The position numbers and the translations under genes were made by a program. DNA of 23,906 nt from Candidatus Krumholzibacteriia bacterium. Lineage in GTDB: Bacteria > Krumholzibacteriota > Krumholzibacteriia > WVZY01. Where the stretch lies: contig JAZGDW010000147.1 of assembly GCA_036478295.1 (NCBI GenBank), positions 1 to 23,906 of the forward strand, read 5' to 3'. A model generated the notes under the pieces. It ran no database searches. It was not told the origin of the DNA and saw only the letters and a list, made by a program, of their open reading frames with translations. Positions 14,129 through 23,906 of this stretch are shown piece after piece. Within the stretch, counting starts at the first letter, position 1. Every line of letters starts with the position of its first letter.

Positions 14129-16132
14129 TCAATCGGCCGTGAGATCGGTCACGTTGTGCAGGCGGCTGAAACGGAGCTGTTGTGCGGTGAGATCTTCATC
14201 GTGCGCAATGTTGACGTCCACGACCTTTCCGCCTTCGATGCGGGGAGTCAAATGGGAGAAGACAAAGGCTTTCAGACGGGGAATGTTCAATTTCTTGAGC
14301 CGCGACACCATGTTTTCTTTCCAGGCGGGATGTACGCGGGCAGCGAAGCCATCGAATAACCTGGCGGCTCCCTCCGCGTCGCCCGTGGATTTCATGGCCT
14401 GGAGCTTGCCGAGAAGCTCCTTCAACCCGGCCCGCATGTTCTCTGCGTCCCGTAACTTGACAAAAAAATCACCATTCCGCTCGACAATCTCCAACCCGAA
14501 GTCCTTGCTGGCATCGCCGCCGTTCTCCAGCAGGTACATGAGAATGAGGTGATGGCCCTTGTTGTGCGCCTCCCGCACTTCCAGCCCCTCCACGCGGTCG
14601 ATGCGCGTCAGCCATCCCTGGGTATAGGTGATGTACGCTGTCTCAACAATCGCCGGTTGTTCCTCGGCGGTGAGGGCGCCGATTTCGATCAGCTTGGGAT
14701 CCGACATGTGATAGAGCGCCACCAGGTCTGCCCGGCACTCCTCGAGGGGCGAGTAGATGCGCCCGAGCAGCGCACGCGGATCCTCCTGCAGCAAGGGGTC
14801 GGGCTGCCCCGATCCATGGCCGATGATTTCGTGCATGTAGACTTCGAGCGGGCGGACCTTGCTTTGGGAGTACCGGAGCACGTTTTGTCGGTACTCCGGG
14901 AGATAGAACTCCTCGACGATTTTCTCCAGAAGTGCTCTGGAGCTCGTGTTCTCCACGTTGAGAAACATGACGTTCTTGCTGCCGAAGTCACGTCGAATGT
15001 CGTTGTAGTTGGGCAGATTGTAGGCCGCCGGCGACACCGGTCCCGCGTCCCCCGTTTCCACGAGCACGTTGACCACCTTGGCGACCGGGCGGTCGATCCG
15101 GGTGCGCTTGTACTTGTCGGGCCAGGGCATTTTCTCTTCGAAGTAGCGCACGTTGTCGGCGATGCAATCGGCGACCGTTGCATCAGCGGTGTAACTAACG
15201 TTCCCCTCGTAGCTACCGATAATCCCGCGGGGATCGACGTAATGCTCTATGAAACCGTTCAAGTAGTCGACCTTCGTGTCTGACTTCAGCCACTGGATAC
15301 AGTGCTGGCGAAATGTCTCCTCCTCGCCCGTCTCGTAGTAATCGAGCAGGAGCTCGATGGATTTTTTCTGTGCCTCCGCCTCGGCGAAGGGGAGCGCCAG
15401 CCGGAGAAAATAGCTGATCGTCTCCAGTTCGCGACCGTACAGCCCACCGATCTTATAGGTTTCCGGGACGATCCGTCCGTCGCGCTTTGCGAAACGGACG
15501 TTGACCTTGTTGCTCCACTTCAGCGGCAGTGCCTGGATCTCCGCCTCGGTGACCCCCCGGTCCCAGAAATTCACTGAGCTGGCGGCGACCGGATCGACAC
15601 CCGTCGACGAATTCGACTGGATCGGCTCGTACTCTGGGTCGAAGATCGTGCGCCGCAGGCGCTCGAGCACTTCGGTGGGTGATGCGTCGCCGGTTGACAA
15701 GACGGCCCCGTTTCGTACGGCGGTTTCGGCCGCCTGTTTCAGGCCATCGGCGGTGAGCCGGTGCGGAACGAATTTCGTGCGCGTGGAGTGGTAATAGTTT
15801 CCGTGATGGACCCAGATGAGTTTCAGGTAGTCGTGAACCGCCGTCTTCAGGTCCTCCTCCACCCCGGCGGAATGCGTGTGGACCGCTTCCAACAGTTTCT
15901 TGAGCTCGAAAGCGTGGCGGTGGTTCTGCATGTACATGATGGCATCACCGGCGATCGCCGCCCGGTACATGTAGTAGGCGAATATCTTCTGCCTGGTGGT
16001 GAGATCGTCGAAACCCGGAGCGTCGAGACCCAGGACCAGTACATCCCGGCCCTTCGGTCCCAGTCTCTCCAGTTCCCCGTGCAGTGGTTGTCGTGGCGGT
16101 TTGGATGTGCGGGAGGAGGGTTTAGCGCACAT
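14129..16132 (-). CDS. Dipeptidyl-peptidase III (peptidase M49) family protein
   Basis: Zinc motif HEIIGHGSG (HExxGH), EECRADLVALY, NGFIE.Y.DP.G..GSYEG, NLPN...IR...GSKNV and EAH. The start position is uncertain. Confidence 0.92.
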   Translation of the reverse strand: MCAKPSSRTSKPPRQPLHGELERLGPKGRDVLVLGLDAPGFDDLTTRQKIFAYYMYRAAIAGDAIMYMQNHRHAFELKKLLEAVHTHSAGVEEDLKTAVHDYLKLIWVHHGNYYHSTRTKFVPHRLTADGLKQAAETAVRNGAVLSTGDASPTEVLERLRRTIFDPEYEPIQSNSSTGVDPVAASSVNFWDRGVTEAEIQALPLKWSNKVNVRFAKRDGRIVPETYKIGGLYGRELETISYFLRLALPFAEAEAQKKSIELLLDYYETGEEETFRQHCIQWLKSDTKVDYLNGFIEHYVDPRGIIGSYEGNVSYTADATVADCIADNVRYFEEKMPWPDKYKRTRIDRPVAKVVNVLVETGDAGPVSPAAYNLPNYNDIRRDFGSKNVMFLNVENTSSRALLEKIVEEFYLPEYRQNVLRYSQSKVRPLEVYMHEIIGHGSGQPDPLLQEDPRALLGRIYSPLEECRADLVALYHMSDPKLIEIGALTAEEQPAIVETAYITYTQGWLTRIDRVEGLEVREAHNKGHHLILMYLLENGGDASKDFGLEIVERNGDFFVKLRDAENMRAGLKELLGKLQAMKSTGDAEGAARLFDGFAARVHPAWKENMVSRLKKLNIPRLKAFVFSHLTPRIEGGKVVDVNIAHDEDLTAQQLRFSRLHNVTDLTAD

Positions 16133-16422
16133 AGCGGTCCGCTTCCGTCAAATTGTGGCAACAGTACCAGCCAAGATGTGGGCGCGGGCTCTTGGTATGT
16201 TGTTGTCAGTATCAGATTCCATGCCCTTTTTCAAGGGGCAATCGTCCGGAATGCGGCGCCGCCGGTAAGAACCCGATCGCAACGCGCGCCGCCGTATGCG
16301 CGCGCCGCGGGAGCCGCGCGCCCGGAGATGCTGATTAACTCATTCCCCGGCATTGGATTAGGGCTGAAACGGCTATACACATTGCGCCCGGGTTTTGATA
16401 TGCTTCGAGGGACACGTGGTGA

Positions 16423-18447
<2,025 letters not shown>

Positions 18448-18452
18448 CGAGA

Positions 18453-18660
18453 GGTGATGCCCTGTTGAATCGGTGACGGGCCCATTGCGGGAACGAGCGA
18501 GGATCACCTGCGGCCTTATGCGGGTCCTGTCAGCGAACAGCCCGTCCGTGCTCGCAGGCTGCGCGCGGCCGGGCGCCCGTTCGGCTGCCACCCGCATCAG
18601 GCCGTGGGTAGCCGAGCGAAGTGGAGCGTGGGCCAGGAGGCGATTCAACAGGGCATCACC
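18453..18660. repeat. Dispersed ~200-nt fold-back repeat, full copy B, between convergent ligA and cyclophilin genes
   Basis: Perfect 20-bp terminal IR GGTGATGCCCTGTTGAATCG (18453-18472) / CGATTCAACAGGGCATCACC (18641-18660). Internal stem at 18506-18525 / 18590-18609. Colinear with 3709-3906. Confidence 0.9.
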
Positions 18661-18669
18661 AACTGGTTG

Positions 18670-19323
18670 CTATTCCTTCTTTTCTGTTGCTGCCTTCTTG
18701 GTATCTGCTCGGTACGCTCGCTTGATGACCACGGCGGTCGCGGGCACGTCGTTGAAGCCGCTCTTGGTCACCGTTTTCACATTACGGATTTCGTCCACCA
18801 CGTCCAACCCGTCCACGACCATACCGAAGACCGCGTAACCGTAACCGTTCGTCGTCTTATTCTTGAAATTCAGTGCCGCGTTGTCTTTTACGTTAATAAA
18901 GAACTGCGACGTAGCACTGTTCACAGCACCGGTCCGCGCCATGGCGATGGAGCCGCGGACGTTTTTGAGCCCGTTGTGCGCTTCATTCTCGATCGCCGGA
19001 TTGCCCTTCTTCTTGACCAGGTCTTTGGTGAAGCCGCCGCCCTGAATCATGAAGTTCGAGATGACCCGGTGAAAAATCAGGCCATCGAAGAACTTGTGGT
19101 CGACGTACCATAGAAAGTTCTTCACGGAAATGGGTGCCTTCTCGGCGTTGAGTTCAATAGTGATATCACCCAGGCTTGTTTCCAGAACGACGACGGGAGC
19201 TTCTTCTCCCTTTGCGTTCGCCGGTTCCAGCATCATTGCGGAGACTCCTATCATCACGAGGGCAAAAAGCGCAACACCGATGCTCAGTGGACGAGTGACT
19301 CTGCTTGACACGCGTGTGAACAT
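18670..19323 (-). CDS. ppiA: Cyclophilin-type peptidyl-prolyl cis-trans isomerase, exported (PpiA-like)
   Basis: Motifs V.LETSLG.I.IEL..KAP.SV.NF, IFHRVI..FMIQGGG, RGSIAMART...NSATSQFFIN and GYAVFG.VV.G. It has an N-terminal signal peptide and a GGGAGG RBS. Confidence 0.93.
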   Translation of the reverse strand: MFTRVSSRVTRPLSIGVALFALVMIGVSAMMLEPANAKGEEAPVVVLETSLGDITIELNAEKAPISVKNFLWYVDHKFFDGLIFHRVISNFMIQGGGFTKDLVKKKGNPAIENEAHNGLKNVRGSIAMARTGAVNSATSQFFINVKDNAALNFKNKTTNGYGYAVFGMVVDGLDVVDEIRNVKTVTKSGFNDVPATAVVIKRAYRADTKKAATEKKE

Positions 19324-19442
19324 GTATTCCTCCCGTTAGCAAAAATGCAGCGTTATTCGGTGTATGACCTTCGGTTCATACGACAAAAAAGCGGGATTAT
19401 CCCCCAAAGCAGGCGAGCGCCGCAGCGGCCGCGCTCCACGGT

Positions 19443-19471
19443 AATGTAGTGAAAATTCCTTGAATAGTCAA
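19443..19471 (-). promoter_or_regulatory. Sigma70-type promoter for the cyclophilin gene
   Basis: Minus strand: TTGACT(19471-19466)-17 nt-TACATT(19448-19443). Confidence 0.6.
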
Positions 19472-19487
19472 AAGGTTTGCCGGAACG

Positions 19488-20729
19488 CTAAGTGTAACTC
19501 CTGTAAAACGACAGGGTTTGACCGGCGATGCTTTCCCAGGAAAACTTCTCTGCGATCAGCTTCAGCCCGTTTTGCGAGAGCTTCCCGGCGAGTCCCGGCT
19601 CGTTCAGAACTCTGAGGATGGTCTTGCCCAGTTCGTCCGCCTGCGACGGATCCACCAGCAGGCTGTCCTCGTCATGGGTAAGCACGTGGCGGATGCCACC
19701 CAGCGCCGTCGCCACCACCGCCGTCCCGCACGCCATGGCCTCGAGCACCGTCATGCCGAAGGGCTCGTATTTCGATGGAAGCACGAAGACTCGGGCTTGC
19801 CGGTAATACGGGTCGAGAAGCTCATCGGGAACGTAGCCGGTGAAGGTCACGCGGTCGCCGAGCTCGAGATCATCCACCAGCTCTACCAGCTGCCTCTTGA
19901 CCTCGATCTCGTGGGATTTCGGATTCTTGGAACCCCCGCCGATGACGAGATGCGCGTCGCTCTCCGCTTGCACGACGGCGAAGGCTTGGATCAAGTAGTC
20001 CAGTCCCTTGTTGGAGTCGATGCGGCTCAGTGCAAAGACGTAGTTGTCGGGTACTTCCAGGGCCCTGTCGTGCTCGCCGTCACCCAGCGGCCGGAAGCGC
20101 CGGGTGTCGACACCGGGCGGGATCACGACCAGGTCCGGGCTCTCGAAGTCATAGAGCCGCTTGTACGTGTCTTTGCCATCTATCGTGGTGACCGTCTGCG
20201 CGACCGCGCTCCTGAAAATCTTGTTCTCCCAGTGGACCCGCTCCTCGAACTTGAAAATCTTCTCCATCTCCCCGGGGTCGCCGCCCATTTGCTCACGCTT
20301 CCAGGCTCCCAGCGAGTGCGCCGTGTGAATGAACCGGATGCCGAGGCGCTTGGATAGATTCATGGCGACATAGCCGGCGTCCCAGTAATGGGAGTGCAGC
20401 AGTTGGTAGCTGAGGTCTTCGCGTTCGATGTACGCGAACATGTTGGAGGTCATCTCGTCGAGGTGGGGAAAGAGGTCCTCCTTGCGGATAAAGTCATCGC
20501 CTCCGCACGGTATCCGTATGACGCGCACGTCGGCGTTCACCGGGTCCGCTTCGCTGCGGTCGCCGAAACGCCGCGTATAGATATCGACCTTCATGCCCAA
20601 CTCGGCGAGGTGTTTGGAGAGCTCCAGTACGTACGTGACCTGGCCGCCGGTATCGGTGGCACCGAGGATCGGCTCGGGGTCGAAATAGCCGTGCACACTG
20701 AGCATGGCGATACCCTTGATTCGCGTCAT
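19488..20729 (-). CDS. GT4 glycosyltransferase, sucrose-phosphate synthase / mannosylfructose-phosphate synthase (MfpsA)-like
   Basis: S.HGY....P.LGA.DTGGQV.YVLEL, RIPCGG..FI.KE.L, HSHYWDAG, HTAHSLG.WK, IPPGVD..RF and YEPFGMT.LEAMA. There is no fused HAD phosphatase domain. Confidence 0.88.
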   Translation of the reverse strand: MTRIKGIAMLSVHGYFDPEPILGATDTGGQVTYVLELSKHLAELGMKVDIYTRRFGDRSEADPVNADVRVIRIPCGGDDFIRKEDLFPHLDEMTSNMFAYIEREDLSYQLLHSHYWDAGYVAMNLSKRLGIRFIHTAHSLGAWKREQMGGDPGEMEKIFKFEERVHWENKIFRSAVAQTVTTIDGKDTYKRLYDFESPDLVVIPPGVDTRRFRPLGDGEHDRALEVPDNYVFALSRIDSNKGLDYLIQAFAVVQAESDAHLVIGGGSKNPKSHEIEVKRQLVELVDDLELGDRVTFTGYVPDELLDPYYRQARVFVLPSKYEPFGMTVLEAMACGTAVVATALGGIRHVLTHDEDSLLVDPSQADELGKTILRVLNEPGLAGKLSQNGLKLIAEKFSWESIAGQTLSFYRSYT

Positions 20730-20738
20730 TGATACCCT

Positions 20739-21395
20739 CTAGCCCCTGTCTTCGTCCATGTCCACCGGCGTCAGCGAGAAATCATTGTTCACGACGATGT
20801 GCGCCATGGTCTTGTGCCTGACGATAATCTTGTGCTCCAGTTCGAGAACCCGCTCGGAGAAATCGTCGACGGTGTCCCGGCTGCGCTCTTTGCGGTCGTC
20901 GATCGTGTCCTTGTAACTCCGGTCGATGAATACCCGCCAGTCAACGTTCTTCAATAGACTCGTGTACGTGCCCTCGACAATGGCAACTTCGAAGGCCATG
21001 GGATCGATGGTCTCGCGGGTGACGCGGTTTTCATGAAAAATGACGAGCGGCCTTTGCAGGGTTGTCTGAGGGGTCCTCTTGAAATGCCCCATGTGCTCGT
21101 CGAGAAGCCTCAGGTTTACCTCGCCCAACCCGACGCGCTTGATACTCTTCCTGCGCGCCGCTTCGTTCGTCTTCGGCGGGTAGAAGAAGTAGTCATCCTG
21201 CTGAAACATGACCGCCGGGATCTTCTTGCCCTCGAAGAAACGCACAAGTTCAAAGGCAATCTCGGTCTTGCCGCTGCCCGATTCGCCGGCGATAGCGATG
21301 ACGGTCCGATCGCGGATGTGGTCGCACAGCAGGGCGAACAGCCCCTCGGCAGCGGTGGTCTGATATGGTTTGGGGATAACGCGGTCACCGATCAT
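20739..21395 (-). CDS. P-loop kinase, uridine kinase/phosphoribulokinase-like
   Basis: Walker A IAIAGESGSGKT, QQDDYF and IVEGTY. Likely start is ATG 21395 (MIGD). It ends 9 nt upstream of the glycosyltransferase start. Confidence 0.85.
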   Translation of the reverse strand: MIGDRVIPKPYQTTAAEGLFALLCDHIRDRTVIAIAGESGSGKTEIAFELVRFFEGKKIPAVMFQQDDYFFYPPKTNEAARRKSIKRVGLGEVNLRLLDEHMGHFKRTPQTTLQRPLVIFHENRVTRETIDPMAFEVAIVEGTYTSLLKNVDWRVFIDRSYKDTIDDRKERSRDTVDDFSERVLELEHKIIVRHKTMAHIVVNNDFSLTPVDMDEDRG

Positions 21396-21401
21396 AGCGT
21401 G

Positions 21402-21429
21402 AGTATACACTTGCAAATTTCGGGCACAA
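21402..21429 (-). promoter_or_regulatory. Promoter for the kinase-glycosyltransferase pair, probably leaderless
   Basis: Minus strand: TTGTGC-16 nt-TATACT(21407-21402)-6 nt-ATG(21395). No Shine-Dalgarno sequence. Confidence 0.5.
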
Positions 21430-21464
21430 CGGGCAAAATCATCGAACCTTTTGGGGGTCGAATC

Positions 21465-22055
21465 ATGGTCGGGAACAGAAATCAGGAAGTCTTCGGTATC
21501 TTTCTAGCCGTTCTGGGGTTGCTTTTTCTTCTCGTGAACAACAATTTGCTCTGGTTCGGGTGGGAGGTGCTGTGGCCGACGATGCCGTTTCTGCTGGGGC
21601 TTTTCCTGCTCCGCGTCTACGCTGCGCGTCGTAAACCCAGACAGCTCTTTCTCGGGTCGTTCCTCGTGCAGTTCGGACTCTTTTTCTTCATCTTCTCCTC
21701 GGGGATCCTGCCGTGGGAATCAATGGACGACCTCTGGCCCACGATCACTCTCATAACGGGGATTTCACTGCTCGCCGTCTCGGGAGTGGTCGAGCCGGCT
21801 TCCTCAGCGCTGGTCATCGGCCTCTTTTTCGTCATCTTCTCCATCGTCAGCTACCTCAGCAACAGCGGGGCCATCGCATCGCATCTATCCGAGCCGTTCG
21901 TAAGGATATGGCCCCTGGCGCTGGTGGTTGCCGGGGTCCTCGTATTTCTGAGGGCGCGAGCCGGGCGGACGGCGCGGGATGAAACCGGCGGCATCGTGGC
22001 CGGTAGCGACGCCGGCCGGGATGCCACGGGCGACGGGGGAGAGCCAGAAATCTAG
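21465..22055 (+). CDS. Integral membrane protein, LiaF-TM/DUF5668-like repeats
   Basis: ATG 21465 follows GGGGG. 196 aa with about 6 TM helices, and three repeats of a G..L...G..F...N/S..LWP/IWP...G..L unit. Confidence 0.75.
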   Translation: MVGNRNQEVFGIFLAVLGLLFLLVNNNLLWFGWEVLWPTMPFLLGLFLLRVYAARRKPRQLFLGSFLVQFGLFFFIFSSGILPWESMDDLWPTITLITGISLLAVSGVVEPASSALVIGLFFVIFSIVSYLSNSGAIASHLSEPFVRIWPLALVVAGVLVFLRARAGRTARDETGGIVAGSDAGRDATGDGGEPEI

Positions 22056-22118
22056 GCTCGCGCACCGGCTGCCAACCACAATCCCAAAAAAGTCGAATGG
22101 ATTACAAAGAGGGATTAG

Positions 22119-23138
22119 CTACGCGCTCGCCCGGCAGAATTCCACGTAGCCGGTGAGCTGGCTGCCGGAGTAAGCTTTGAGGTCCTGGAGAATCATCTCC
22201 AGCATGCTTTTCGCCTCGCTACTCTCGAAACGCACCAGCGCTTCGCCCGCCCGTTCGAGGTGCTTGTCGATTTCGTCCTTCGCATGGTGAAAGCCCCCAT
22301 GCTCGGCGCACAGCAGGATAATCCGCTTCTCGTCCTCCGGCGTGAATTCTCCACGGCGGATGAGGGCAACCAGATTCTCGCGGTGACCGTCGGTCAGACC
22401 GGTCAGCGTTTGGATCACGGGCAGCCCGAAGTAACCGTTCCTGAGATCACAATCCATGGTGCCGTTCGGCAGGTCGAGCATGTCGTCGAGGTCGTCGATC
22501 ATCTGAAACGCCATTCCCATGTTCCACCCAAAGTGTCCCAGGACATCGGCGTATTCGGTTTTCCCGGCCATCCCACCGACTTTGCAGCTCAGTGAAAAGA
22601 GCGACGCGCTCTTTTCCGAAATAATCTCGTAGTACGTGGCTTCGTTCATGTCGAAGTCGAACTTATGAAGGGTCTCACGGCTTTCGCCGCTTACCAGCAC
22701 TTGAATCGTGCGAAGGAATTCCGGCATGGTGTGAAGGAACCCGCTGCGGTAAACGAGGAGCAGCGCCTCGGCGAGCACAAAATCGCCGGCGAGGACCGAT
22801 ACGAAGTTGCCGTACTTGGCACGGGCGCTGAGTCTCATCCTGCGCGATTCGACCTCGTCGATGACGTCGTCGTGAAACAGGGTGGCGAGATGTATCAGCT
22901 CCACGGCAGCGGCCAGCTCGATGAGCCGCTTGGGGACCTCGCCGCGGCTAGCACCGTTCGGGGCCATGGAGGACAGGATGAGAAGGGCGGGGCGCAGACG
23001 CTTGCCGCCGTTTCGGAAACTCTCGGCGGCGATTCTCGCCTCACGCACGCTGCTCGAGTCGAGCACATCGAGCACCACGTTGTTACAGCGGTCTATCACC
23101 GACTCCATGGATTGGTATTTCGTGAGCACGTGCAGCAT
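22119..23138 (-). CDS. Polyprenyl diphosphate synthase (trans-prenyltransferase), probably long-chain
   Basis: GGKRLRP, AAAVELIHLATLFHDDVID..RR (FARM), VLAGDF and GMAFQMIDDLDD (SARM). The Ala five residues before the FARM points to a long-chain product. Confidence 0.9.
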   Translation of the reverse strand: MLHVLTKYQSMESVIDRCNNVVLDVLDSSSVREARIAAESFRNGGKRLRPALLILSSMAPNGASRGEVPKRLIELAAAVELIHLATLFHDDVIDEVESRRMRLSARAKYGNFVSVLAGDFVLAEALLLVYRSGFLHTMPEFLRTIQVLVSGESRETLHKFDFDMNEATYYEIISEKSASLFSLSCKVGGMAGKTEYADVLGHFGWNMGMAFQMIDDLDDMLDLPNGTMDCDLRNGYFGLPVIQTLTGLTDGHRENLVALIRRGEFTPEDEKRIILLCAEHGGFHHAKDEIDKHLERAGEALVRFESSEAKSMLEMILQDLKAYSGSQLTGYVEFCRASA

Positions 23139-23153
23139 GCGTGTGACCGATCT

Positions 23154-23684
23154 CTACCGGGACGTCGCGGCCGGTTCTTCCGGCCGTGGTTTGGACGGCT
23201 CCGCTTCGATAAACGAGTCGAAGATGTCCGCGATGATCTCCATCAACTGCTTGAGTTTATAGAGGCGACGGGTGTCGATAGCTGCGAGGTGTTCCGTGCT
23301 GCCGGCGGTGTCTGCGGCGCTGATGGCATTCCGCACGACCCTCAGCGCGGGGTCCAGCTCGCGGCGTTTTTTCTCGCCCGCCAGCCGGCGTGCCACCTTT
23401 GCCACATCGTCTTCGGCCGTGTAGTAGTCCTTGCGGTCGCGGGGAACGATGACTTTCTTGACCACCCCGAGATCCTGCAAGCCACGAACGTTGAGGCTGA
23501 TATTGCTGCGGCTGATCTTGAGACTGTCGGCCATCTCTTCGAGCGAGAGCGGCCGCGCACTCAGGTAGAGCAAGGCCTGGATCTCCGCCATAACCTTGCC
23601 GACGCCCCAACAGCTGCCCATTCGTCCCCAGCCCTCGATCAATATGCCGAGAGGATCTCGTGGACTGTCCTGTGTTTGGATCAT
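23154..23684 (-). CDS. GbsR/MarR family transcriptional regulator
   Basis: Winged-helix pattern WG.MG..WG.....A.I.ALLYLS..PLS.EE....L.ISRSN.S.....L...G.V, followed by K..RELDP.L. Confidence 0.88.
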   Translation of the reverse strand: MIQTQDSPRDPLGILIEGWGRMGSCWGVGKVMAEIQALLYLSARPLSLEEMADSLKISRSNISLNVRGLQDLGVVKKVIVPRDRKDYYTAEDDVAKVARRLAGEKKRRELDPALRVVRNAISAADTAGSTEHLAAIDTRRLYKLKQLMEIIADIFDSFIEAEPSKPRPEEPAATSR

Positions 23685-23718
23685 CTGTATCTATATCAAA
23701 TAAAATAGATTACAATCA

Positions 23719-23766
23719 TTTCTGAACGTGCCGAACGAGTAGACCACGTAACTTCAGGGGTGTCAA
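23719..23766 (-). promoter_or_regulatory. Candidate promoter and overlapping operator for the regulator-prenyltransferase operon
   Basis: Minus strand: TTGACA(23766-23761)-17 nt-TCTACT(23743-23738, preceded by TG). It is followed by an imperfect TTC-N10-GAA dyad at 23720-23735. Confidence 0.45.
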
Positions 23767-23906
23767 GGGGATTCGAAAAAGTTGGTTCGGGGGGGGATCG
23801 CCGACGCCGGCTAGCCGTCGAGCATCCGTTTGGCAGCGACGAAACGGCGCTTGAAATAGCGGTTGTCGAGCTCGTCGACCCGAACCCGGCGCGCACTGGT
23901 CGAGGC

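Noticed and set aside
18473..18838. Short ORFs across the fold-back repeats, with similar peptides at 3675-3950
   Set aside because: The peptide similarity simply reflects the DNA repeat. Indels between copies break the frame, so the element is non-coding.
19385..19406. Possible attenuator or terminator in the ppiA leader (GGGA-TAA-TCCC then T6 on the minus strand)
   Set aside because: The stem is only 4 bp, too weak to call.
21033..21464. N-terminal 144 codons of the 340-aa plus-strand ORF
   Set aside because: They overlap the kinase gene antisense. The hydrophobic membrane protein starts at ATG 21465 behind its own RBS.
22665..23708. 347-aa plus-strand ORF
   Set aside because: Antisense shadow of the prenyltransferase and regulator genes.

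Overview
GC-rich bacterial chromosomal region carrying about 20 mostly housekeeping or metabolic genes. Recognisable genes are a 5'-truncated enoyl-CoA hydratase, a DUF1801 protein, an ICMT-family methyltransferase, pepT, asnB, a secreted DUF1028 Ntn-hydrolase, a Na+/H+ antiporter-type transporter, two tandem paralogous lipoproteins, an MBL-fold hydrolase, an atypical family-4 uracil-DNA glycosylase, an M49 dipeptidyl-peptidase III, ligA, a cyclophilin, a sucrose/mannosylfructose-phosphate-synthase-like glycosyltransferase with a P-loop kinase, a polyprenyl synthetase and a GbsR/MarR regulator. I saw no rRNA, tRNA, CRISPR array, integrase or transposase. The most unusual signals are non-coding. 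(1) A dispersed ~200-nt fold-back element has two full copies (3709-3906, 18453-18660) and a rearranged partial copy (458-611); its stems show compensatory changes between copies. (2) The first full copy sits inside an outer 18-bp TIR + TA duplication that looks like an IS630-type MITE inserted into the asnB stop codon. (3) An exact 50-bp-period tandem array lies upstream of the lipoprotein pair. All family assignments come from motif recognition by eye, not from database searches.
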